64,000 nt of DNA from Candidatus Tayloriibacteriota bacterium. GTDB lineage: Bacteria > Patescibacteriota > Minisyncoccia > Phycocordibacterales > PALSA-1337. The notes beneath the pieces are model-generated. The model saw only the letters and a list, made by a program, of their open reading frames with translations, was not told where the DNA came from and did not search any database. The DNA lies in the NCBI GenBank assembly GCA_052034805.1, contig JBPOID010000005.1:50984-114983 (forward strand). Reading direction: 5' to 3'. Position numbers and translations under genes: made by a program. Below are positions 18,194 through 26,392 of this stretch, one piece after another (position 1 is the first letter of the stretch; the number at the start of each line of letters is the position of its first letter).

Positions 18194-19279
18194 ATGAACC
18201 TAAAACTGATGAGGCCAAGTCTCGATGCTATCACCGTGATAGACAAAGACGGTAAACCCCAAGAAAGATTGGTTTTCCGGGGTGTTATCGATGCAAGTAC
18301 GATTGATTCCATCAAAACAGCTGAATACCAGAGGGAAATTCTCTCTGGAGTAAAGGCTAGCTCACTTACTGTGGCGGCCAAGAATTCTACCCTGCCGGAT
18401 ATTGAGCTCGGTATGCGCGGAGACAGATATCAAACAAGGATAGATAAAGACAGGAATGAAGAATTCTTTATCTTACTTGATGATATCTATGTCATCGACG
18501 GCCTACAGAGAATCAACGCTATCAGAACAGTGATGGCGAGTAAGCCTGAGAATCTTCCGAGGATCGGGGCAATGATTCACACTGATACCGATTTTGATTG
18601 GGAGCGAGAGAGATTTCGTACACTCAATCAAGAAAGATCAAGACTTTCACCAAGCATTCTGCTTAGGAACGCAAGAAAAGATCATCCCGGTCTCGAATTG
18701 CTCTATAACCTGAGCACGACCGACTCCAGCTTTATCTTGAATGGTAAAGTGTCATGGGAACAAAGGCAAAAGAAAACTGAGCTCATACCAGCAATGCGCT
18801 TTTGTCGAACCGTGAGTTATCTGCATTCAAGGTTTATCCCTGGTGGTAGATCAGATGATGTTAGAGAACTCATACCATCTCTTGATAAAAAAAGAGATCT
18901 GGTTGGTCCTAATATCATGAGAGATAATATCAAAGCATTCTTTGACCTCATCGATGAATGCTGGAATATCAGACACATTGTCTACAGAGAGCAACAACCT
19001 CAGATCAAGGCGACATTCCTTGAAGTGGTTGCCGACTTTTTGACGAGACATGAGATTTTCTGGAGTGACAAGCGACTGTTCGTGAAAGCTGATCACAAGA
19101 AAAAGCTTTCGAAATTCGCCATAACCGATCCAGAGGTATCCAGACTCTGCGGTTCTGGTGGACAAGCAAGAAATATTCTGTTCCAAATGCTGATTGAACA
19201 CTTTAACAGTGGCAAAAGGCATGGAAGAATCGGAGTAGAACACACGAATGGAAACAGCGAGGAGAATGGGCATGAATAG
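18194..19279 (+). CDS. DGQHR/DndB-like (ParB-Srx nuclease superfamily, DUF262-like) protein; GC-richer foreign-looking gene
   Basis: YVIDGLQRINAI matches the DG(Q)xR box of the DndB / DUF262 / ParB N-terminal domain. Length is 361 aa. An RBS aaagagg precedes the ATG. GC is about 45% by eye. Confidence 0.5.
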   Translation: MNLKLMRPSLDAITVIDKDGKPQERLVFRGVIDASTIDSIKTAEYQREILSGVKASSLTVAAKNSTLPDIELGMRGDRYQTRIDKDRNEEFFILLDDIYVIDGLQRINAIRTVMASKPENLPRIGAMIHTDTDFDWERERFRTLNQERSRLSPSILLRNARKDHPGLELLYNLSTTDSSFILNGKVSWEQRQKKTELIPAMRFCRTVSYLHSRFIPGGRSDDVRELIPSLDKKRDLVGPNIMRDNIKAFFDLIDECWNIRHIVYREQQPQIKATFLEVVADFLTRHEIFWSDKRLFVKADHKKKLSKFAITDPEVSRLCGSGGQARNILFQMLIEHFNSGKRHGRIGVEHTNGNSEENGHE

Positions 19280-19307
19280 TATCCTCTGTTTCAACTAAAT
19301 ACTATCA

Positions 19308-19340
19308 ACCAGCACCCCTTAAAAGGTGCTGGCTTTTTTA
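19308..19340 (+). terminator. intrinsic terminator
   Basis: Stem ccagcacc/ggtgctgg, loop ccttaaaa, then CTTTTTTAT. Confidence 0.65.
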
Positions 19341-19364
19341 TACAAAAAGCATAATATATTATAA

Positions 19365-20219
19365 ATGAAAACTGAAATCGTAATCATACTCGGCCCAACA
19401 GCTGTAGGAAAAAGTGATTTCGCAGTAGAATACGCCATAAAAAATAATGGTGAAATAATATCTGCAGATTCTAGACAGGTATATAAGAAACTAGATATAG
19501 GTACAGGAAAAATAACAAAAGAAGAAATGAAGGGTATACCCCATTATCTTTTAGATATAGTAGATGCAAAAGAACAATTCAATGTAGATAAATGGAAAAC
19601 ATTAGCAGAAAAAGCTATTGTTGATATTTCGAATAGAGGAAAATTACCCATAATATGTGGCGGTACAGGTTTCTATATAGATGCATTAGTAAATGATATT
19701 TCTTATCCAGATATACCACACAATGAAAAGTTGCGTGAAGAGTTGAAAGATAAAGATAAAAAAGAAATATTAAATATATTAGAAAAATTAGACAAAGATT
19801 ATGTTAATAGATTAAATAATTCAGAAAAAAATAATAAACAAAGATTAATACGAGCCATAGAAATAGTACAATCAAAAGGCAAAATGCAAGAAATTATCCA
19901 TAAAAAAGATAATGATAAATACGATGTAACATGGATCGGACTTAATTGTGATATAGAAATATTGAAAGAAAGAATACATAATCGCCTAATAAAGCGCATA
20001 GAAAAAGGTATGATAGAGGAAGTAGAAGATCTATATAAACAAGGTCTTTCTTGGAATAGAATGGAAGAATTGGGACTTGAATATAGATATATATCTAGAT
20101 ATTTGAGAGGAATGATTACAAAAGAAGAAATGATAAAACAATTAGAATTAGAAATAAATCATTATGCAAAAAGACAAATGGTATGGTTCAAGAGAAATAA
20201 AAAGATAGAATGGGTGTAA
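19365..20219 (+). CDS. miaA: tRNA dimethylallyltransferase
   Basis: P-loop GPTAVGKS near the N-terminus and IPHYLLDI; typical MiaA length. Confidence 0.9.
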   Translation: MKTEIVIILGPTAVGKSDFAVEYAIKNNGEIISADSRQVYKKLDIGTGKITKEEMKGIPHYLLDIVDAKEQFNVDKWKTLAEKAIVDISNRGKLPIICGGTGFYIDALVNDISYPDIPHNEKLREELKDKDKKEILNILEKLDKDYVNRLNNSEKNNKQRLIRAIEIVQSKGKMQEIIHKKDNDKYDVTWIGLNCDIEILKERIHNRLIKRIEKGMIEEVEDLYKQGLSWNRMEELGLEYRYISRYLRGMITKEEMIKQLELEINHYAKRQMVWFKRNKKIEWV

Positions 20220-20287
20220 AGAATGGGTGTAAAAAAGAACCACGCGCTTGCGCACGTGGTTTTGGAAAACTAAAATTCAAGAATTGA

Positions 20288-21220
20288 CTAGAATTGCTTT
20301 GGCAGGAATCCAGATGCAGCACCATAGCCCGCAGAAACACTATAAACATTACTAGCATCAAAAGATAGCATCCCATTCTCTTCATCGAATTCAAAGCAGG
20401 GCGACCTAGAGAAGTTGCCTTCCTCATCAGAGAACCATTCGTCGCCTGCACAATCAATCCACAAATCATCGTAATCTTGAATACGATCAGGATGTGTGAG
20501 AAGCATCGAACCTACAGCGAATACACCAAGGCCGAATTCATATTCCATATCTTCCATGATGACTCTCGAACGATTGGTAGAACGACCACGATGACGAAGG
20601 CCGAACTGAGCAGGAATGATGAGAATATTAGCATCACCTTGTGTTCTAGCTATCTCATTCCAGAATTGCTCGGAACGACTAGACTGACGCAAATACTTAT
20701 CATTCATTTCATCAGCAAGTGACCTGTAGTTACGTATACTCTTGATAGTAGAGATGATTCTCTTTACCGCCTCACAATAGGTAGAACCGAAAACTTCAGG
20801 ATTCTTCTTCCAGTTAGGAATAGCGAACCAACCTTCTGCAAATCTTGGTAGTCCAGCCGAACGAATACTATTAGTATTGACGAGTATTGTCCGACTGCTT
20901 ACAAAGATCTCTGGAAACAATCCACATAGAAGACTTATCTGATGAGATAAATCCAGAAGTTTGTAACCCGATGGATAACCAGATATGGATTCAATCTCTT
21001 GTTCAGCATACTCATCTACATTTTCAAACTTAGCAATCTGACGAGCAACAAGTGACTGAATGGACGTCACGAATTCAGGATTACCTTTGACGCGTTCCGC
21101 ACTCTTCTCGTTCAAAGCATCAAGTGCATTTTGCACAGGATCAGAATCTGCAACATCACTGATCATACGGATAAGTTGCTTCCTTTGATCATCACTTATC
21201 CCTTCTTGAGTAAGTGCCAT
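20288..21220 (-). CDS. hypothetical cytoplasmic protein, GC-richer (foreign-looking)
   Basis: 310 aa ORF with clean coding statistics and no motif I recognise. It lies between miaA and tRNA-Trp. Confidence 0.5.
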   Translation of the reverse strand: MALTQEGISDDQRKQLIRMISDVADSDPVQNALDALNEKSAERVKGNPEFVTSIQSLVARQIAKFENVDEYAEQEIESISGYPSGYKLLDLSHQISLLCGLFPEIFVSSRTILVNTNSIRSAGLPRFAEGWFAIPNWKKNPEVFGSTYCEAVKRIISTIKSIRNYRSLADEMNDKYLRQSSRSEQFWNEIARTQGDANILIIPAQFGLRHRGRSTNRSRVIMEDMEYEFGLGVFAVGSMLLTHPDRIQDYDDLWIDCAGDEWFSDEEGNFSRSPCFEFDEENGMLSFDASNVYSVSAGYGAASGFLPKQF

Positions 21221-21355
21221 AGACGTTAGCTCCTTTCATGTATGCCGGATTCGCCCCAGCGATTGCGGGTAATTTTTGATGTTTCCATGTCAAATTTCCA
21301 GAGAAAACTATACAATATAGTACAGTATAATGCAATGATTTTAAAAACAAAGTTG

Positions 21356-21426
21356 CGGGCGATCGAGGAATCGAACCCCGGACAACGGTTTTGGAGACCG
21401 TAGTTATACCACTTAACTAATCGCCC
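21356..21426 (-). tRNA. tRNA-Trp (anticodon CCA)
   Basis: Acceptor gggcgat/atcgccc, anticodon stem acggt/accgt with loop CTCCAAA, and T-loop TTCGATT. Confidence 0.8.
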
Positions 21427-21448
21427 TAATATACTTTGACAGTATATC

Positions 21449-21604
21449 TTATTTCTTAGCTTCTTTGAAGACTATGTGTTTACGTAGAGATTTACTATAT
21501 TTCTTTAATTCTATTTTCTTCTCTACTGTTTTTCTGTTTTTACGAGTAATATAGATTTCTCCTGTCTCTTTATTACGAAGTGTTATTAGTTTATCTTGTG
21601 ACAT
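21449..21604 (-). CDS. rpmG: 50S ribosomal protein L33
   Basis: Manual translation gives MSQDKLITLRNKETGEIYITRKNRKTVEKKIELKKYSKSLRKHIVFKEAKK (51 aa). This matches the L33 pattern YxTxKNxR...KLELKKY...RKHVxxKE. It is below the ORF-track length cutoff. Confidence 0.75.
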   Translation of the reverse strand: MSQDKLITLRNKETGEIYITRKNRKTVEKKIELKKYSKSLRKHIVFKEAKK

Positions 21605-21773
21605 ATTGTATAAAAATCTTAAATATTGTTTACATACATTAACCTATATTGTATAAAAAAGCAAATGGGTCTTTTTTTATATAAAAAGAAAACCGCCTCA
21701 TGCGAAAGCATAAAGCGGTCTTTTGAAACCAATGTTGAGAGTGTATCTTGTGATCACTCTCGGCTAGTTTGGT

Positions 21774-22829
21774 CTAGCCTTTGCCACCATCGGACGGACC
21801 AGTATAAAGTTTTCCGGGCTTTTGAAAATCAACCCAGTCAAACTTTACACGATATGTTCCATCTGCTGGAAACACAACAGTATATTCACTGTTAAATTTA
21901 CCAGCACCGGTCCAAGGTCCACCGACCTGACTGAAACTAAGAGCAAAAGGATGTTCAATATTAACTTCGGCGCCATCCTGAACTAAACCACTAATGTCAA
22001 ACCTGATGACTTGACCTTTGGTAACTGTGATCAGGACCGTGGGTTTATTGTAAACTTCCACGATTTTCACCAGCGCTACATCCTTCGGTGAAAGTTCGAA
22101 AACATAGTGACCTTCGATCTTCCAAGATCCATTTCTCTCATTGGTGGCGCCAGGGGTATTACCCTTAGCATCCCAAAGATTATAGGTCATAACATTTCCA
22201 TCAGTGAATCTGATAGAGAGAATACCATTAGGTACACCCGCCATCCAAGTATCAAACAAGACTCTATTATTATTCACTGACACGCTCTCTTTCCGAACAG
22301 TGTTACCATCATCGCCGATAACAAGGATTTCGGCTGATTGAACCTGATCCCCAATCGCAACTCTTTGAATCCAGATATTGTACTGAGGAGGTCCATACTT
22401 TCCGATCTCTGAAACGAGATAGGAAGCGTAGCCGTAGAAAACAAGGTTATTGTCCTTGTCGTAAAGCCACACATGACCCTCGATTTTGTCGAGAGGATTT
22501 GCGACTTTGTACTTGAACTCAACAGCGAAAAGCTGATTGAGTACATCTTCTGCTCCGTTACCAGTCTTACTGGCATAGATGACAGAATTGTCATCATAAA
22601 CCATACTCGATGAAGATACCGACCTCGCCCCACGGACAACTTGTCCGAGAGCATAATTCCTGATCGTATCTTTGGACTGAATCGGCATGTCTACCGCCAG
22701 AGCTTTCGTGCTGAAACTGAAACCGATCACCATCATCAAGATAGCAACGATACTACGAATCATGATTTTCATTGTCTTTGTTTCCTTCTTTGGTTTTTCC
22801 TGTGTTTTGTTTTTTGTTGATACTAACAC
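21774..22829 (-). CDS. secreted hypothetical protein (signal peptide, beta-rich), GC-richer
   Basis: Basic N-terminus plus a hydrophobic segment, then a long domain with no motif I recognise. A terminator-like compound hairpin lies at about 21690..21730. Confidence 0.5.
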   Translation of the reverse strand: MLVSTKNKTQEKPKKETKTMKIMIRSIVAILMMVIGFSFSTKALAVDMPIQSKDTIRNYALGQVVRGARSVSSSSMVYDDNSVIYASKTGNGAEDVLNQLFAVEFKYKVANPLDKIEGHVWLYDKDNNLVFYGYASYLVSEIGKYGPPQYNIWIQRVAIGDQVQSAEILVIGDDGNTVRKESVSVNNNRVLFDTWMAGVPNGILSIRFTDGNVMTYNLWDAKGNTPGATNERNGSWKIEGHYVFELSPKDVALVKIVEVYNKPTVLITVTKGQVIRFDISGLVQDGAEVNIEHPFALSFSQVGGPWTGAGKFNSEYTVVFPADGTYRVKFDWVDFQKPGKLYTGPSDGGKG

Positions 22830-22861
22830 CGAAATTGCTTGTTCAATTCATTCTGTCGTTA

Positions 22862-23233
22862 CTACTTCTGTGCCTCTCTCGCAATCTTTTGACGAGCGAG
22901 AATTTCACTTTCGGCCATTGGAATTGGCTGATTTGATGAAGCACCGATCATATTGAAAGATGCACCCTTATCAACCACCTCAATGACTTCCTGCTCCTGA
23001 CCAGCTCGCTTCGCCATGATCTCTGCTTTGGCATCATGACTGCGATTGTTTGCCGGTACTGCATTCTGCAGAACCGGTGTGGTGTCTTTCTTGAACATAG
23101 GCACCATAACGATGGAGACCATGACGAGAATGAGACCCAAACAGAAGAGAACCACAGGGGTTCTCACGACTTTGTTGTCTCGCCTATCGACGATACGATG
23201 ATTGGTTGCCAGAAACTTATGTCCCATAATCAA
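22862..23233 (-). CDS. small membrane-anchored protein co-oriented with 21774..22829
   Basis: One TM segment (VVLFCLGLILVMVSIVMV) and a hydrophilic C-terminus; GC-richer composition. Confidence 0.45.
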   Translation of the reverse strand: MIMGHKFLATNHRIVDRRDNKVVRTPVVLFCLGLILVMVSIVMVPMFKKDTTPVLQNAVPANNRSHDAKAEIMAKRAGQEQEVIEVVDKGASFNMIGASSNQPIPMAESEILARQKIAREAQK

Positions 23234-23422
23234 GTCCTTTCAGAAAATCCGCTCTTCATATAACCAAATCCTCTCACACGAGAGAATCCTTTTTACATTG
23301 GTTTGACAAAGAACAGATTAGGCCTTTACTAGGCCATAATTCGATTTACTGTCAAATATAGTATCATAAAATAGGCGTAGAGTCAATGGGTATAATTAGC
23401 ATAAAAAAGTTACAATATCCCA

Positions 23423-24565
23423 ATGAAAACAAAGATAAAAGATGCATTAAGAAAGATAATAAAGAAAGAAACCTATACACCATCACTTATAAACCTTTAT
23501 ATAAATAAGAAAGCACTTATACATAATCTAAACCAATTCAAGAATATTGCAGGAGACAGAGAAATAGCCCCAGTATTAAAAGGCAATGCTTATGGTCATG
23601 GATTAAAAGAAATAGGAGAAATATTAAAAGATCAAAAAGTTCCCTTCTTTATTATTGATTCATATTTTGAAGCAAAAGCCCTAAGAAATGAAGGAATAAA
23701 GACCCCATTACTCATAATAGGATATTCAAGTACAGATTCTATTATAAAAAATTCATTAAAAAATATAAGTTTTACAATAACTAGCATAGAAGCATTGAGA
23801 GATTTATCTAGGAAAATAAATAAAAAAATATCTATACATATAAAAATAGATACCGGAATGAGAAGACAAGGAATTTTATTAGAAGAAATAAGAGAAGCAA
23901 TAGAAATAATAAAATTCAATCCAAATATCTATCTCGAAGGTGTCTGTTCACATTTCTCTAGTGCAGACGATAATAAAGATTCTTTCACAGAAAGACAAAT
24001 GTATGATTGGAATAATTCCATAAAAATCTTTAAAGATTCAATACAGAATATAAAATATTTCCATATAAGCGCAACGGCAGGATCTGTATATAGAGAAGCC
24101 AATGCAAATATGATAAGACTAGGTATAGGACTTTATGGACTTATGGATATAGAAGGATTAAATCTTATACCAATACTTGAAATGAAAACGATAATATCTG
24201 GAATAAAGAAAATAAAAAAAGGAGAATCAGTAGGATATAGCGGTACATACATAGCTCCAAAAGATATGACAATAGCAACAATACCTGTCGGATATTATGA
24301 GGGCATAGATAGAAGACTTTCCAATAAAGGTTTTGTTAAAATAAAAAATATATTTTGCCCAATAATAGGTAAAGTTAGTATGAATATAACTGTTATAGAT
24401 ATTTCAAGAATTGAAAGTCTAAAAATCGGAGATGAAGTAATAGTTATAAGTAATAAAAAAGAAGATAAAAATTCTATAGAAAATATAGCTCGTGATTGTG
24501 AGACTATCTCATACGAAATAGCTGCAGTGCATATCGGTACACATTTGAAAAGGAATGTGGTTTAG
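23423..24565 (+). CDS. alr: alanine racemase
   Basis: PLP-binding PVLKGNAYGHG motif and a C-terminal beta domain. Confidence 0.85.
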   Translation: MKTKIKDALRKIIKKETYTPSLINLYINKKALIHNLNQFKNIAGDREIAPVLKGNAYGHGLKEIGEILKDQKVPFFIIDSYFEAKALRNEGIKTPLLIIGYSSTDSIIKNSLKNISFTITSIEALRDLSRKINKKISIHIKIDTGMRRQGILLEEIREAIEIIKFNPNIYLEGVCSHFSSADDNKDSFTERQMYDWNNSIKIFKDSIQNIKYFHISATAGSVYREANANMIRLGIGLYGLMDIEGLNLIPILEMKTIISGIKKIKKGESVGYSGTYIAPKDMTIATIPVGYYEGIDRRLSNKGFVKIKNIFCPIIGKVSMNITVIDISRIESLKIGDEVIVISNKKEDKNSIENIARDCETISYEIAAVHIGTHLKRNVV

Positions 24566-24671
24566 GGATAATTGTGATTAAGATCTTTTTAAATAAGAAT
24601 ATCTCCAAATAAAAACAACACCCATTTGAGTGTTGTTTTTATTATTTTATATTTAATACTAAATAAATATA

Positions 24672-25511
24672 TTATTCGGCATAAACTACAGCTGTATTTG
24701 TATAACCTGTATTAGCTGAACCCTTATAAGATCTTACTCTATAATAAGCTGTATTCGGCATATTATAATCTGTATAACTTGTAATATTTGAACTAGCAGT
24801 TCCAATTTGACTGAAAGTTACATTATTTGAACTCCTTTCAATTTTGAAACCATCTTCATTTGAAGAATTATCATTCCATCTCAATATAACTGATGTTGTA
24901 GTAGCTGTTGATGTAGATACTGCTGTTAGATTTGATGGTGCAGGTGTATATGTTATAGATGTATTAATATTACTCATCTTTACACCACCTCCACCGCTTG
25001 TATAAACAGCGCCTATTTCAAGTGTAGATGTAGAAGTTTTTATAAATGTTAAACCACTAAATGTAGTTGTTGATAGTGTAGTAGGAACTGTTCCACTAAG
25101 TTTATAATCACCACTATCAGCACTATTATTTCCAGAAAAACGATAGAAAACATTCATAGTTGTTGTTCCACCAGTTGTATTTATACGAGAAGCACAAGGA
25201 GTTATACTAATATCAGTAATTACTGAACTTGTTGAAATATTAGATAAATTTATCTTGTATGAATCTCTTGAGGTTGTTGCTGAAGTATAGACGTAATCAG
25301 TATTACCATTACATGGAGTTTCGTCAACCATTGTGTAATGTAACGTACTTGTACTCACTGACCAACTCTGATATGTTCCATCTTCAATAGGGACAAGAAC
25401 TGATGTTATATTAGCCAATGCAACAAACTTAAAAAGAAGAATGCCGGCTAACACAAAAAAACCGAATGACAAAAAATACTTATACTTAGAAATACGATCG
25501 ATATATGACAT
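24672..25511 (-). CDS. Ser/Thr-rich surface protein with a C-terminal fibronectin type III-like domain
   Basis: N-terminal TM or signal segment, a T/S-rich low-complexity region, and an FN3-like LRWNDNSSNEDGFKIERS motif. Confidence 0.5.
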   Translation of the reverse strand: MSYIDRISKYKYFLSFGFFVLAGILLFKFVALANITSVLVPIEDGTYQSWSVSTSTLHYTMVDETPCNGNTDYVYTSATTSRDSYKINLSNISTSSVITDISITPCASRINTTGGTTTMNVFYRFSGNNSADSGDYKLSGTVPTTLSTTTFSGLTFIKTSTSTLEIGAVYTSGGGGVKMSNINTSITYTPAPSNLTAVSTSTATTTSVILRWNDNSSNEDGFKIERSSNNVTFSQIGTASSNITSYTDYNMPNTAYYRVRSYKGSANTGYTNTAVVYAE

Positions 25512-25611
25512 ATTATCTTTATTAATTATTAATAACAGTATAAATTATAACATCTTATGGGTATTAATAAAAAAATAAAAAAGTGGGTATATGATTATTT
25601 ATTTATAAAAA

Positions 25612-25697
25612 TGGTGCGCCGGGCTGGACTCGAACCAGCGATGGCCAATGGCCGCTTGATTTACAGTCAAGTGTAATAGCCGCTATACGACCGGCGC
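25612..25697 (-). tRNA. tRNA-Tyr (anticodon GTA), CCA encoded
   Basis: Acceptor gcgccgg/ccggcgc, anticodon loop CTGTAAA, a long variable arm, T-loop TTCGAGT, and a 3' ACCA. Confidence 0.8.
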
Positions 25698-26314
25698 AAA
25701 TATTTACTCCTATATGAGTCTATCATCTTTTTTATTTCTAGCAAGAGTTTCTTATCATGATAACGTATATGTATTAACCCATACTTCATTTTTCTTCCAT
25801 CAGTTTTATAATCTTTTCTTACATATGGTTTAATAAATTGTTTATATGAAATATTTGTACACTTACTCCAAAAATCAATCAATTTATTTATATTCTGATC
25901 AGAATAACAATACAATAATACACGAAATTTACTTTCGTCTAATATGTAATTATTTCTCAAGAATCTAAGAAATAATAAAATCATATCGACATCACTATTA
26001 GCAAAATCAATTAATTTAGCGGGATTTTTATTATCACCTTTATAACCTTCTCCCCAATAAAGCATAGCACCTATAGCTGAAAGTTCATTTGAATTTTTAT
26101 TTAATTTTCTTATAGAAAATGATGGCTTCTTATTCTCAAATCTCATTTTCTGTTCTTCTTTTAATGTTCTTCTAGATAAATTATTCTTTCTCATAAAGTA
26201 TGCAACACAATCTAGAGAAACCTTCAATTCTTTAGCAATAGATTTCATACTATATTTTTTTATATAGTAAAGTTTTTTAACTAACTCAAGTTTTGATTGA
26301 GAAATTTTAGCCAT
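25667..26314 (-). CDS. HTH-containing protein with a LAGLIDADG-like box (homing-endonuclease-like?); paralog of 63583..64000
   Basis: N-terminal HTH-like segment (SMKSIAKELKVSLDCV) and a GAMLYWGEGYKGD box. The last 10 codons are read from the 5' part of tRNA-Tyr. Confidence 0.4.
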   Translation of the reverse strand: MAKISQSKLELVKKLYYIKKYSMKSIAKELKVSLDCVAYFMRKNNLSRRTLKEEQKMRFENKKPSFSIRKLNKNSNELSAIGAMLYWGEGYKGDNKNPAKLIDFANSDVDMILLFLRFLRNNYILDESKFRVLLYCYSDQNINKLIDFWSKCTNISYKQFIKPYVRKDYKTDGRKMKYGLIHIRYHDKKLLLEIKKMIDSYRSKYLRRSYSGYYT

Positions 26315-26392
26315 ATAATAATTATATATACCAAATAATACAAGTCAAAGGACACTGTACAGAAAACACAGTCAATTTACTAAATAACAATT

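Noticed and set aside
23234-23422. Possible promoter for alr (TTGACA-like at 23297 and TATAAT at about 23391).
   Set aside because: The two hexamers are about 90 bp apart, so they cannot form one sigma-70 promoter. An AT-rich spacer makes hexamer matches meaningless without transcription data.
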